Notes: generated from the letters alone by a model not told the origin. A stretch of 64,000 bases of DNA from Leucoraja ocellata (GCA_036785375.1 JAWMAR010000085.1:7564001-7628000); one strand, 5' to 3'; positions 37,162 to 51,404 are shown, counted from the first letter of the stretch. A program made the numbers and translations.

Positions 37162-38499
37162 AATTAAACACTCTTGACTCTTTGACTCACAGGTAGCCAC
37201 AGGCAACAAATTGTAATAGCTAATGTAAATGTCTGAAGGGTCTCGACCCGAAATGTCTCCTTTCCTTCGCTCCATAGATGCTGCCTCACCCGCTGAGTTT
37301 CTCCAGCATTTTTATCTAACTAAGATGTAATAGCACGTATTTCCACGAGAGGGTGCAATTTAGCAAATGAGCTCATAACATTTAAACTATCAAGGGTGCA
37401 CAGTGGCAGAGCTGGTGAAGTCACTGCCTCAAAACGCCAGAGACCTGAGTTTGATCCTGACCTCTGGTGCTGTCGATGTGTGTGGCGTTTTGTACGTCCT
37501 TGCTGTGACTGCGTGGGTTTTCTCCGGGTGCTCCGGTTTCTTCCCACATTACAAAGAACTGTGGGTTTGTAGGTTCAGTGTAGTTTATTATCACGTGTAC
37601 TGAGGTACACGGAAAAGCTTTTGTTGCGTGTTAACCAGTCAGCGGAAAGACAACACATGATTACAATTGAGCCATTCACTGTGTACAGGCAGCCAGCTAC
37701 CAGCATAATGTACAGTTAATTGGTCTCTGTAACTTGCCCCATTGTGTGTTGGGAGTATATAATAACATGGATCTAGTGTGAATGGGTGTTCGATGGTAGG
37801 CACGGACTCAGTGGGCCAAAGGGCCTGTTTCCACGCTGTATCTCTAAACTAAACTAAAATTAAATTAAGGAATTTCTCCTAAACTATAGTCACACCCAGT
37901 TACATTCAGTCTACACAGTCTTATTTTGCACTAAGTGTTATTCATTTTATTCCCTTTATCATGTATCTGTACACTGTGGATGGGTCGATTGTAATCGTGT
38001 ATTGTCTTTCTGCTGACTGGTTAGCATGCAACATAAGCTTTTCACTGTACCTCGGTACACATGACAATAAACTTAACTAAACTCCATTCAGAATGGTAAC
38101 AGCTCTAGGCCTTGTGGTATTAATACATTAGCTTAGTTTAGTTTAGAGATACAGCATGGAAACAGGCCCTTCAGCCCACCGAGTCTGCACTGACCAGCGA
38201 TACCCGCACCCTTGCTCTATCCTACACACAGTAAGGACAATTTACAATTTTACCAAAGCCAATTAACCTACAAACCTGTACATCTTCGGTGTGAGGGAGG
38301 AAACCTGGGGACCTGGAGAAAACCCATGCCGATCTCGGGGGAGAATGTACAAACTCCGTACAGACAACACCATGGTCAGGATTGAACCTGGTTCTCTGAT
38401 GTTGTGAGGCAGCAACTCTACCGCTGCTGCTCCCAACATGAATTACAGGATGTGGAGGCTTTAGAGAGTGCAGAAGAGATTTACACATGATTATCCCCC

Positions 38500-38735
38500 C
38501 TCCTCCCCACCTCATGTTCAGCAGCGGACCCTAGACTGTGGTCCTGCCTGCCCCACAGTGCCTTGCCATTGGCTGCACTGAGCTTCAGTGAGTTCCTCAG
38601 CCTGTACCCCCGCACTCTGGAGCGGGCCAGTCAGCAACATTCCCTGACCGACATCTCGCTCTGCTGGGAGACCAACAAGATTCGGACAGACCACAGAGCG
38701 TCTTTCACCGTGTTGAGGGGCTTCCAGCAGCACTT
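38500..38735 (-). mobile_element. Tx1-type LINE ORF2 C-terminal fragment
   Basis: CWKPLNTVKDALWSVRILLV..ECC*LARSR..LRNSLKLSAANGKALWG. Confidence 0.75.
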
Positions 38736-39194
38736 GAATTTATAAGTACTCTTCAATTATGCATTAGAACGGTATGAATATGACTTTATCTGGTGACTGA
38801 TTGTAGCAAGGCCACACATCATGTTGACAATGACCTTTTAATCCATGCACGGCAGCATCTCTAGAACCCTCGCTGAGCGGTCAACTCCACCAATATGCCA
38901 GCAACTAAATAGTCTGCACAAAACATTCTCATCATTGTGATAGACTATCCGGTCAATTAAATCATAAATCATCTGAACACAACTTCAAAGATCCCCTCAT
39001 TTACATGATAAGTAGAACACAGTAGCTAATTATTATCTGTCAGTCGGAACTTGCAGTTCCAGAGACAATCCACGCTGACAACCCCAGGCAAAATCTGCCA
39101 ACCCTTACTAATGGCTAAGATTTCCTTTGGAAACGTGGAAATTAACAATTAATATATGTGGTGTTCACTCGCGCATATCATGCAGGAATATAGA

Positions 39195-39492
39195 GCGGTG
39201 CAGTGGCGCAGTGGTAGAGTTGCTGCCTCACAGCGCCAGATACCCGGGTTCGATCCTGACACCGGATACTGTCTGTACGTAGTTTGTATGTTCTCCCTGT
39301 GAATGTGTGGGTTTTCTTCGGGGGGCTCCGGTTTCCTCCCACACTCCAAAGATGTACAGGTTTTCAGGTGAATTCGCTTTGGTAAAGTTGTAAATTGTCC
39401 CTGGAGTGTAGGATAGTGCTAGTGTACGGGGTGATCACTGGTCAGCGCGGACTCGGTGGGCCGAAGGGCTTGTTTCCGCACTGTATCTCTAA
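39195..39492 (+). mobile_element. HE1-like SINE, near consensus
   Basis: TGGCGCAGTGGTAGAG..GGTTCGATCC; CpGs largely retained. Confidence 0.88.
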
Positions 39493-40164
39493 AGTGTGTA
39501 AAAACGTTACCGCTCGAATTCCTATTAAATCTTTCCCCCATCACCTTAAACCTATGTCCTCTAGTTCTTGATTCCCCTACTCTGGGTAAAATACACCCTA
39601 TCTATTCCTCTCATGATTTTTTACACCTCTATAAGATTACTCTTCTTCCTCCTGACCTCCAAGGAATAAAGTCCTAGCCTGATCAACCTCTTCCTATAGC
39701 TCACACCCTCAAGTCCTGGCAACATCCCCGTAAGTCTTCTCTGCACCCATTCCAGCTTAGAGTCATAGAGTCATACAGTGTGGAAACAGGCCCTTCGGCC
39801 CAATTTACCTACACCGACCAACATGTCCCAGCTACATTAATCCCACCTGCTAGCATTTGGTCCATATCCCTCCAAACCTGTCGTGTTCATGTACCTGTCA
39901 AACTGTTTCTTAAATGTTGGGATAGTCCCTACCTCCTCTGGCAGCTTGTTCCATACACCCACCATGGTATGAATAAGTTACCCCTCAGATTCCTATTAAA
40001 TCTTTTCCCCTTCAAATAAACCTATGTCCCCTGGTCCTCGATTCACCTACTCTGCACAAGAGACTCTGTGCAACTGGACATCTTTCCTATAGCATGATAA
40101 GAGATAACTCTGGCAATGATAAATTGGTGCAGTTGACTGGTTTTGCATCTGAGCCTCGTGGTTT

Positions 40165-40420
40165 AACCTGTGTCATGGTGTCAGGACAGCAACCTATCTC
40201 GTAACGTCAGCAAGACGAAGGAGTTGGTTGTTGATCTGAAGAAGCAAAGGGGTGAATACAAACCTGACCTCATCACCAGTACTGCTGTAGAGATGGTTGA
40301 CAGCTTCAGGTTCCTTGGCTTCCAAATCACCGTCAACCTAACCGACACTGACAACCAACCTGCACACTCATGCGTTGATCAAAAAATCACAGCAACGTGT
40401 TTACTTTCGTAGATGTCCGA
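40165..40420 (+). mobile_element. Decayed Rex1/Babar-type RT fragment
   Basis: WCQDSNLSRNVSKTKELVVDL..VDSFRFLG. Confidence 0.75.
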
Positions 40421-40586
40421 GAAGTTTTTCTGGGGGTTCAAGTCTGGAAAATGACAATCTGCCCTCTGAAGGTCTCTTGCCTTCAAGACAATCCTGTATT
40501 CAATTGGCCAGCTAGCTTCTGAAATCGATTGGGCGGAAATCGCTTTTAAAACATGGGGGGGCCACAATGAGGCCTGACATCCAGGA

Positions 40587-41002
40587 CAGGGGTCAGCAAC
40601 CTATGGTTCATGGACCGAATCCGGCCGGCAGGCGTATATCTTCTCAATTAGTTTTCACGACCTGGGAACTGCAGCAATTCCCAGGGCATGCAGGCGACCT
40701 GGGTCGCTACAGCCAGACCTGGGCGCTACAACCAGTCACGGGGCAGGCGAGCTGACCTGGGTGCGCAGGTGACCTGGGAAGTGCAGGTCCTTTGGCCCAC
40801 CGTGTTCCCCCAGACCAATCACCTCGTACACTAGCACCAGCCGATACACTGGGGACAATTTACAATTTACCGAAACGCTTAACCTACAAACCCGCACGTT
40901 TTTGCAGTGTGGGGCAGGTGAGCCAACTTGGGCGCTACAGCCAGACATGGGGCAAGCGAGCCGACCTGGGACTGGCTGTAGCGCACAGGTCACGCCCGGG
41001 GG
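40587..41002 (+). mobile_element. hAT-like left end followed by GACCTGGG-rich repeats, interleaved with SINE pieces
   Basis: CAGGGGTCAGCAACCTATGG...GAATCCGGCC resembles MER58/Charlie-type termini; right TIR not seen. Confidence 0.5.
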
Positions 41003-41151
41003 ATTGTCCCTAGTGTGTAGGGAGTGGATGAGAAAGCAGAATAACATGGAGCTAGACGTAAATGGATGATGGATGGCATGGACTTGGTGGGTTGAAGGGG
41101 CTGTTTTCACATTGTGCCTCTAAAAAGAAAAAGAAATAAAATTAGTAGAAC

Positions 41152-43074
41152 TTTTTTTTTTTTTTTTAATTTTTTTAATTTTATTTTATTAGAAAGTGCC
41201 TAATATATATTTTCATAATACATTTTATGTACAGCTTCTTATTTTTTTTGTTATAATAAAGAAAGATGAGAATAAGAAAAATAAATTAGATAGTAAAGGA
41301 TAGAAAGGCGTGAGATATATAGTGTGTGAAGAAAAAGAAAATAGACGAATGAGTGAAGAAAGTTGAGAAAAAGAAAATAGAAAAAAGAGAATAAGACATA
41401 AAAAAATAAAAAATAAGGAGATCATTGTTTATAATCTTGACCATCCCTCGTCCAGTCCTGAAACAGTTAGTTTTTACAATTGTGTTGCACCATATGATTC
41501 CAAAAAGACGACAAATGAAGACCAACTCGTTATGAATTGGTCTGATTTATCTATTAGGAGGAATCGCATTTCCTCAAGATGTGCGGTGTCCAACATACTT
41601 GCAATCCACATTTTAAGCGTTGGTATTGATGTATTTTTGCAAAATTTAAGTATTAATTTTTTTGCTATTATTAAACCATAGTTAAAAAATAAATTTTGAG
41701 ATGTGTTCAATTTATTCCCATCTTCCATTACTCCAAATATAATCATTTCAGTATTAGGTTCCATTCTTATCTTGAATCATTTTGTAAATATTTTGAAAAT
41801 ATCACTCCAAAATCTATAAAGTTTTATGCAGGAAACAAAGGAGTGTGTTATAGTTGCGTTTTGGGATAGACATTTATCACAAATGGGGGATATATTGGGA
41901 TAAAATTTGTTCAATCTTGTTTTTGAATAATATAATCTATGTAAAATTTAAATTGAATTAGATTATGTCTTATTTTAATCGAACATTTGTGAATATATAT
42001 CAAGTACTTTTCCCATGTAACCTTCGTAATTGGTATCATTAGTTCCCGTTCCCACTCATCTCTAAGTACCTCTGTCGATGGCAGGCCTATATTTAGAATA
42101 GAATAGTTTCTTTATTGTCATTGTAACATGGACCATGTACAACGAAATTTAAAATGTCAGCCAGTCAGTGCAGCATTCAAACATTTCTAAAAGCTAACGA
42201 TACATACACGGTAAAATAATAAAGATAAACAACTAAATAAATATCACGAACACAGCACGCATGCACACCCAACCCTCCATCCTTCTGTCGATTTCACAGT
42301 TACCACAGTCCCTTAGTCTGTATCGCCCCTGCGTTCCTTGGCGGCTACATTTAGTGCCTTTATAGCAGTGGGGTAAAAACTGTTTTTGAGTCTGTTTGTC
42401 CTTGTCCTTGTAGATCTGTACCGTCTGCCTGACGGCAACAGTTCAAACAGGGAGTGTCCGGGGTGGGAAATGTCCTTTATGATATTCTGGGTTTTTTTGG
42501 TGCAGCGGGAACTGTGTAAGTCCTCCAAGGTAAGGAGAGGGCAGCCGACAATCCTCTGGGCTTTGTCAATGGCCCTCTGGAGCGCTTTCCTCTGAGCCGC
42601 TGTGCAGCTGGTGTACCACACGCATACACAGTATGTTAGTATGCTCTCAATGGAGCACCGATAAAAGGACAGCAGCAGTCTCTGAGTGATGTTGTTCTTC
42701 CTGAGCACCCTCAGGAAGTGCAGTCTCTGCTGGACCTTTTTCAGCAGCGCAGTGGTGTTCACGCTCCACGTCAGGTCCTCCTCAATGTGGATTCCCAGGA
42801 AGCGGAAATCCGCCACCCTCTCTACACAGTCCCCTCTGATAGTCAATGGTACCATGTCCGTTTTGTTCTTCCTGAAGTCTATTATTACTTCCTTTGTCTT
42901 TAAGGTGTTGAGGAGCAGGTTATTTTCTTCGCACCACACTGTCAGCTGCTCCACCTCATCCCGGTAGGCGTACTCGTCCCCCCCGGAGATTTTTGTGAGT
43001 CAGCTTTAATATTCATTGCTTCTTCCAATAATTCAGGAGTTATTTTTTGATATCCTTGTATATATTTGTTCATG
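41152..43074 (-). mobile_element. 5'-truncated L1-clade LINE with poly(A) tail, interrupted by a Rex1/Babar element
   Basis: Poly(T) at 41152; CDKC..H..C zinc knuckle and IIFG..AKKLIL C-terminus on -; about 15-bp TSD AAATTA(G/A)TAGAACTT at 41139-41153 and 43075-43089. Confidence 0.85.
42096..42990 (-). mobile_element. Young 5'-truncated Rex1/Babar-type LINE (RT C-terminus, DUF1891-like)
   Basis: 213-aa open frame WCEENNLLLNTLKTKEVIIDFRK..FRFLG..FYRCSIESILT..LPSGRRYRS; GAATA-repeat tail; CpGs retained. Confidence 0.9.
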
Positions 43075-43994
43075 AAATTAATAGAACTTGGCATCATCAT
43101 ATTCGACCCAGACATTGTGTGTCGAATGGTCTCGTCTTGTGCTGTACTGTTCTATGTTCTAACAAAGTATTCTAAAGTTTTGGGTGATGTTTGATTGTTG
43201 ATCCTTGACTAAATCGCCCAGATCTCTGCACTACAACACACTCTCAGCCTTAAATCATTCACACTTGTTGGGACCACATGATATAGAAATAAAGAATGGT
43301 TGCCATTTTCTGGAGATGGCGGTTAAACTGAAAGAGATAGTAAAGAACCTCCATGCACACAGACTTTAGACTTTTAGAGATACAGGCCCTTCAGCCCACC
43401 AAGTCCACGCCGACCAGCGATTACCCCATGCACTAACACAATCCCACACAAACTAGGGACAATTTATCAAAGCCAATTAACCTAGAAACCTGCATTTCTT
43501 TGGAATATGGGAAGAAACCGGAGCACCTGGAGAAAAACCATGTGGTCACAGGGAGAACGTATAAATTCCATACAGACAGCACCCGTGGTAAGGATCAAGG
43601 TCTGGTCTCTGGTGATGTGAGGCAGCAACTCTACTGCTGTGCCACCATGCTGTCCTGAGTGGTAGTTATTTTGTGAGTATTTCAGTGCAAGTAGTAATTC
43701 TGGACACTTAAGAATGAACAGAGACTAACAGAGTGAACAGAGTGGGCACAGAGTCACTCATTTAAAAATAATGCGACTGGTTCTTTGTGCTGGCTCTGAC
43801 ATATTAGACTTCCTTGATCGAAACATGCCTTTTCATCTTTACCAATATAGTTACATATAATCTAAATGCCTCCCAAAAATTGATTGGTTAAGACATGATT
43901 TTAGAATTGGTCAGCTTGGGTCAAGTGGTGGTATGACAGCATTCAATGTATAATGTTTAAATCTATAAAAGCAAATAAATATTAATACAGTGAA

Positions 43995-44224
43995 GGAGAG
44001 AACTGTAGATGCTGGTTTACACCGAAGATAGACACACAATGCTGGAGTAACTCAGCGGGTCAGGCAGCATCTCTGGAGAAAAGGAATGGGTCACATTTCG
44101 GGTTGAGACGCTTCTTCAGACACCCATTCCGAAGAAGGGTCTCAACCTGAAACATCACCTATTCCTTTTATCCAGATGTGTTTCCCCGACCCATTGAGTT
44201 TCTCCAGCATTTTGTGTCTATCTT
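43995..44224. mobile_element. Foldback element
   Basis: Inverted arms of about 100 bp around a short spacer. Confidence 0.8.
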
Positions 44225-44894
44225 AATACAGTGAACCCTTGTTTTAATGGGTTTTGGTCATTGTGAATGATGGCTGCCCACAACATTCCCAGTTTACTCC
44301 GCCTCTTTGGCCTCTTCCAGGCTGTGCCTGTCACTGTCACCACAGGTTTACTGTACTTAATAATGTATAAAGGCTGTTATTAAACATACCTGGATTTTAA
44401 TAACCAGTTAACCAGCAATGTGCAATCCTAAAACTGGATTCCTAGTTTTGAAGATATCAAGGAACTGCAGATGCTGGTTTACAAAAAAAGACACAAAGTG
44501 CTGGAGTAGCTCAGCGGGTCCGGCAGCATCTCCGGAGAGCATGGATAGGTGACGTTTTGGGTCGGGACCTTTCTTCAGACTATCTTACTTCCTTACTATC
44601 TTACTTACTTTTTTTCTGTGTAACCTTCGATTCTCCAGCATCTGCAGTTCCCTCTTAAACACTATCTTACTTCTGGATTCACTTAGATGGTTAAAACACT
44701 CAATCTTGTTGGAATGTGCACAGTTGAGGCAGTGTTAAAATAGTTCCAATTATATGGAACCGGTGCCAAAAATCTGTGTTCAATGGAGAAAATGGGCTTT
44801 TATGCAAAGCAATGCACCATTATTCCCTATGTTATTTTTATTGTGAGGGATAATAGGAACAGGCCCTTCTGCCCACAATGACCCTTCCGAACAT

Positions 44895-45140
44895 GGTACT
44901 GTATCTCTAAACTTTTAACTAAATTAAACATTCATAGCTGAAAGACCTGTTTCTATGCTCATAACTAAATTAAAAACAAGATGTTCATAGTTGAGGGGCC
45001 TGTTTTTGTATTGCATCTCTAAACTAACTATACATACATAGCTGAAGGGCCTGTTTTGATGCTGTACCACTAAATATACATTGCTGAAGAGCCTAATTCC
45101 ATACTGTATCTACACACTCTTAACTAAACTAAACATTCAT
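44895..45140 (+). repeat. Minisatellite built from SINE 3' tail units
   Basis: 4-5 diverged copies of CATAGCTGAAGGGCCTGTTT..CTGTATCT..AACTAAA. Confidence 0.7.
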
Positions 45141-45147
45141 CGGTTCT

Positions 45148-45618
45148 AGAAACATAGACAATAGGTGCAGGAGGAGGCCATTCGGCCCTTCGAGCCAGCA
45201 CCACCATTCATTGTGATCATGGCTGATCGTTCCCTATCAATAACCCGTGCCTGCCTTCTCCCCATATCCCTTGACTCCACTAGCCCCTAGAGCTCTATCT
45301 AACTCTCTCTTAAATACATCCAGTAATTTGGCCACCACTGCACTCTGTGGCAGGGAATTCCTTAAATTCACAACTCTCTGGGTGAAAACGTTTTTTCTCA
45401 CCTCAGTCTTAAGTGGCTTCCCCTTTATTCTAAGACTGTGGCCCCTGGTTCTGGACTCGCCCAACATTGGGAACATTTTTCCTGCATCTAGCTTGTCCAG
45501 TCCTTTCATAATTTTACATGTTTCTATAAGATCCCCCCTCAACCTTCTAAACTCCAGTGAATACAAGCCTAGTTTTTTCAATCTCTCCCCATATGACAGT
45601 CCCGCCATCCCAGGGAAC
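45148..45618 (-). mobile_element. CR1 3' fragment
   Basis: GLSYGERLKKLGLYSLEFRRLRGDLIE.. Confidence 0.88.
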
Positions 45619-48600
45619 AAGAAGCTCACCAGATTTATTACCAGCTTTTCTACAGATGCAGAATGCCTTCACACTTAATTATGGCTCAGGTATCGGGTAT
45701 CAAGAAATAATCCCAGTAAACAAGTGGGAAGTAATGCTCAATCAGTAGACGGGAGTTAACAAAGTGGCAACCAATAAATAACAAGTAAAGGAATAAAAGG
45801 TGATCTGAATTTCCTGGTGAAGGGCACAATAGTCACAGTTCTACAGAGAACCTGCATAAAAAGCGTTAATGCAAATGTTGTGCGGAAATGTAACCAATGC
45901 AAAAATTTCCAACACTTCAAAGTAAAATTTGCTAAAAAAAAACCACGTGGTTCCTTCATATCACGGGGCGGTACGGTGGTGCTGTGGGGGAGTTGCTGCC
46001 TTGCAGCGCCAGAGAGCAGAATTCAAACATGACTACGGCCACTGTATGTACGAAGTTTGTATGACCACGTGGGTTTTCTCCGGGTGCTCTGGTTTCCACC
46101 CACTTCCCAAAGATGTACAGGTTTGTAGGTTAATTGAAATTTATTAAATTGTTCCTAGTGTTTAGGTTGGTTCTATTGTACAGGGGTGATTGCTGTTTCC
46201 ATGCTGTATCTCAAAAGTTTAAAGTCGTGAACATGACACAACACTGATCTTGACGATGAACTATGCATTGTCTTTGGTTGTATTAAGGACTTAGGACTTT
46301 TTTTTGCATAGCATGCAAAACAAAGCTTTTCACTGTAGCTCGGTACACATGACAATAATAAACCTAATATGATTTATATTCCCAAATTTTAGTTGGATCT
46401 GTACCTGAAGATGTTAACATTTCTGGCACCTCACAGCAATACTTTTAGAAATATTTGTTTTTACCCTGCGTGTAGTTTTTGCTTTATCAAATGCTTTTTA
46501 ATAATATTGAAACCTTGCATTACAAATTGAAATGCTTCCACAAATGCACTTTCCTAAGTATGTTTATCCTGATGTATGTATGTAAGCTCTTGTTTTGACG
46601 ATTTGGAACTTTAATGTTCATATTATCAATAAAGTTCGGAGATTTATAAATTCAGAAGATGGAATGAAAGCCTTTACTCCCCTGAGCCTTGTTGTCCTTA
46701 TTGAACTCAACTTGTAGCTTCTGTCATTTACATTCTGTCCAGTGTTAGAACAAGTCTCGGGAAATTTGGACTCGAATTTTGTCAACAAATGTGGCGTTGA
46801 TGTGCAGTGATGCCTGGAAAGACACTTTTAAAAATACTTTATTTTAGTTTATTTTATTTTGGGGTGGCTTAGCAGTTGAGTTGCTGCCTTACTGCGCCAG
46901 AGACCCAGGTTCAATCCTGACTACCAGTGCTGTCTGTAGGCTTGCCTGTGCTCTCTGTGAATCTGCAGATTTCCTCCGGGTGCTCCAGTTTCCTTCGACA
47001 CTCCTAAGACGTTGGTTAGTTGGCTTCTGTTATATTGTCGCTGGTGTGTAGGGTAATGTTAGTGTTTGGGGTGATCGCTGGTCAGCGTGAAATTGGTCGA
47101 CCGAAGGGCCTATTTTTGCACTGTATCTCTAAAGTCTAAAGTAAAGTCTTACTTTTGTCAATTGAACCAATGTACAGTGAAAAGTTTTGTTGCATGCGAG
47201 TCAGCAGAAAAACTATACATGATTACAATCAAGCCGTCCACGTTGCACAGATACAGGATAAAGGGGATAGCGTTTAGTTCAAGATAGTCCAGTAAAGTCC
47301 AATTAAAGATAGTCTGACAGTCTCCAATGAGGTACTGGAGATGGCAGGTCAGGACTGCTCTCTAGTTGTGGATAGGATGGTTCAGTTGCCTGATAACAGC
47401 TGGGATGAAATTGGAGGTATGCATTTTCACACTTCTATTATTCTTGCCTGATGGAAGAGGGGTGAAGAGGGAGTGACCAGGATGAGACTTGTCCTTGATT
47501 ATGCTACTGGCCTTGCCGAGGCAGCGTGAAGTGTAGACGGAGTCAATGGAAGGGAGGTTGATTTGTGTGATGGTCTGGGCAGTTTACTCTATTTCATAGA
47601 GTAAACTGTATGCATATAATAATGATAAAATTAAACATGTTATTTTTCTGTAAGGATCTTCAAATGGCTCGACTATATAAAAGCAATGCCATTTTTGTTG
47701 GTGAATGTCCTGAAGTTCTGATAGAAAAATGGAGACACAAGGCAGGAGTAATGAAACACCACAGGACCTTAAATGAGTTGCCCGACATAAATGGCTTGAG
47801 CAACATAACGCACACCTGGACATGATTGAAGGTGTTTAATGATCCGATTAACTACCGGCACAATCTACGCTTCACGCTACCTGGGGAAGGCAGCCAACAT
47901 AATCAAAGACCTTCCCAACCCCGTCATTCCTCCTTTTCCCTGTGCCCATCCAGCAGAAGGTACAGAAGCTTGAAAACACGCACCACTAGACTCAGGAACT
48001 GCCTCTTCCTCTCTGTTATCAGGCTTCTGAACAGTCCATCCATAAGCTGGTGTTCTGTCCGATTCACCTCTACCCCATTATGGACTTTGGACTTTGTCTG
48101 GGGAACTGGTGCGCTACAATGCTGAGAACTATATTTTGTACTCTGTATCTTCCCTTTTACTCTACGTATTGTACTTGAGTTTGATTTGATTGTGTGTGGT
48201 GTTATCTGATTTGATGGGCGTAGCATGCAAAACTATGCTTGTTAGGTACATGAGACAATAATAATCCTACTGTAGAAAGAAGGAACCACAGATGCTGGTT
48301 TACACAAAAGGACACACAGAAGTAGGATCTTGACCTGAAATGTCGCCTATCCAAGTTTTCCAGAGTTGCTGACTGACCTGCTGCCCATTCTCATGCCTTA
48401 TCCGCATAACCTTTGACATCCTTACTAATCAAGAACCTGTCAATCTCCATTTTTAAAATACCCGATGATTCCAGCACTTTGTGTCCTTTTAATGATAATC
48501 CCAAACTCCACACAGACAGATCCTGAGGTCAGGATTGAACTGTGGGCTCTGGTGCAGGGAAGCAGTCGGTCCACCAAATGTACCACTGTGCAACCAGCAG

Positions 48601-50204
48601 GTTTCATGGGACATGGGAGGAGAATTAGGCCATTCGGTCCTTCGAGTCTGCTTCACCATTCAATCATGGCTGATCTATCTTTCCCACTCAACCCCATTCT
48701 CCTGCCTTATCCCTGCAACCTTTGACACCCTTACTAATCAAGAACCTGTCAATCTTCACTTTAAAAATACCCGATGACTTGACCTTCACTGTCATCTGTG
48801 GCAATGAATTCCACAGATTCACCACACACTGGCTAAAGAAATTCCTCCTCTCGTTTTTCGTTTCTAAATGTACGTCCTTTTATTCTGAGATTGGGGCTGC
48901 TCCTTAGAGTGGCTGACATTGCACACCGTCAAGGATCCAAACCTAAACATTAACCAAGTCAGTGAAGGTAGCGCAATTCATTATTATCCACCATAATAAC
49001 AATTACCTCCTATTGCAGAGTTTGAGTCATTTTCACTGTTTGTCACTGGTTGCAAATCCTAGTGTAGGGTGAACGTTAATAACACATTCTTCCTCTGCAA
49101 GCACCCAGTCATTTCCACTGTTACATCCATTTCAACCAAAGTAATCCTAGCATTAAATGTGACTGCATGCTGACATCCGAACTGATAATAATAATTGCCA
49201 CCGTTCACTTTAGCTCTAATTGCGGAAGAAATCAGCTCCTAACAAAAGAGGGAGAGCAACATGCAAGAGGGGAAACAAAAGGCAGTGACATGAAAGAGGA
49301 GGGCTTGCTCAAAATGATATCTCAATCCCACGTGAGGCAGAAACTCTGCACACTATGACAAGATCAGTGAGGTGAAATTAATGCCCCCTTTGTTTTGTTT
49401 GGGTTTAGTTTGGAGATGCCGTGTGGCAACAGGCCCACCGAGTTCACGCCGACCAACGATCACCCGTTCACACACTAGTTCTATGTTCTCCCAGTTTCTC
49501 ATCTAAACCCTACACACTAGGAGAAATATACAGAAGTCAATTAATCTACAAAGCCACACATCTTTGGAGTATGGGAGGAATCCGGAGAAAACCTATGCAC
49601 TCGCAGCACGAACGTGAAAATTCCGTACAGATAGCGCCCGTAGTCAGGATCAAACCTGGGTCTCTGGCGCTGTGAGGCAGCAATTCTACCACTGCACGCA
49701 TGTGCCACCCGACTTCTCTTTTCCTTTACTAAGATAGTCTTTTTGGATATCAGAAGGACACCTTTGGGTCTGATCCTCTTTTCTGTCAGACGTTGCCTAG
49801 CGAGTGATTGGTATTGGATCCATGATGGCATTGCAGTATTAACTATTCTAAGACCAACACCAACCATTCCATCACCTGGTAGGCACAGTGGCACCGCTGG
49901 TAGAGCTGCTGCCTCACAACTCCAAAAACCTGGGTTTGATCCTGACCTTGGGTGCTGTCTGTGTGGAGTTTGCACGTTCTTCCTCTGGCTGTGTTGGTTT
50001 CCTCCAGGTTTATTGGGTCTCTGCTCATGCCCACAAGTTGTAGGATCAGATGCTTCAGTTGCCTGTTAACAGCTGGGAAGAAACTGTCCCTGAATCTGGA
50101 GGTAGTTGCCCAGGTTCGGTCCATATCCCTCTAAAATCTTTCCAATCCATGTACTTATCTCAATGGAAGTTCCTCCGTACAACTTAGAATCCTCCTAGTA
50201 TATC

Positions 50205-50408
50205 GAAACAAGGAACTGTAGATGTTGCTTTACAAAAAAAAGACACAGGGTGCTGGTGTAACTCAGCGGGTCAGGCAGCTTCTCTGGAGAACATGGATAG
50301 GTGACGTTTAAGTCGAAGAATGGATCTGACCTGATATGTCAGCTATCCATGTTCTCCAGAGATGCTGCCTGACCCACTGAGTTACATCAGCACCTTGTGA
50401 CTTTTTTA
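50205..50408. mobile_element. Foldback element
   Basis: Inverted arms GGTGCTG.TGTAACTCAG / CTGAGTTACATCAGCACC. Confidence 0.78.
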
Positions 50409-51404
50409 AATATCCTCCTATTTATTCTGAATTCTCCTACCCTGTTCCATTTCCCCAAATGCATCATCTTACCAACAACTAGAGAGCGGTCCGGAGATGC
50501 TATCTACTTCATTAAAGACCCTGGGACTATCTTTAATTGGACTTTATCTTGCACTAAACGTTATTCCTTTCTTTATGTACCTGTACAGTGTGGACGGCTT
50601 GATTGTAATCATGTATTGTCTTTCCGCTGACTGGTTAGCATGCAACAAAGCTTTTTGCTGTACCTCGGTACACATGACAATAAATTAAACTAAACTCCAT
50701 TTGTGCAGGAAGGACCTGTCTGAAGTAGTGTCTCAACCTAAAATGTCACATAGAATGATTTACACTGAAGGTAGACACAAAATGCTGGAGTAATTCAGCA
50801 GGTCAGGCAGCATTTCTGGACAAAAGGAACAGGTGATGTTTCATGACGAGACCCTTCCTCAGACAGTCCGAAGATTGGTCTCGACCTGAAGCGTCGCGTA
50901 TTCCTTTCTTCCAGAAATGATGCCTGACCCACTAAGTTACTCCAGCTCAAGACAATCTGTATCTCCCTGCAGTCTAAAGGTTTCCTCCTTCATGTCTATT
51001 GCATGGACAGTTTGCGTATTGTCTGCAAACACCTTTATGGTGGCCGTTCAATAACATGTAAATAGTTGTAATATCTTTCAAAAAGCGAGGGAATGAGTTC
51101 TGATCTACCGCAGAACGCCACCACTAATGGCCTTCCTGTTGCATAAGCACACATCAAATATTACCTTTGTTCTCTGCTGCTGAACCAATTATAGACCCAA
51201 CTTACCGTTCTTCATGCTGTTCCCTGGGCTTTTACTGTTCTGAGCAGGTCTGCCATGCAGGACCTTGTCAAAAGCCTTGTAAGAATCTACCTCAATTAGC
51301 TGTCGCCTTGCCTAATCATACCTTTGTCTACTCAAGCCATCCTTACCCTCTGTCCTCCTTGTTTATCTTCAACCTTTTTTGAAACTATGCTAAATCTAAC
51401 TGCA

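Noticed and set aside
38563-38745. GC-rich 60-aa + strand ORF that looked like a retrocopy or exon
   Set aside because: The opposite strand translates as a Tx1 LINE ORF2 C-terminus homologous to 13560-13640
39195-39270. tRNA gene-like A/B boxes
   Set aside because: These are SINE heads continuing into the V-core and LINE-like tail, with no terminator
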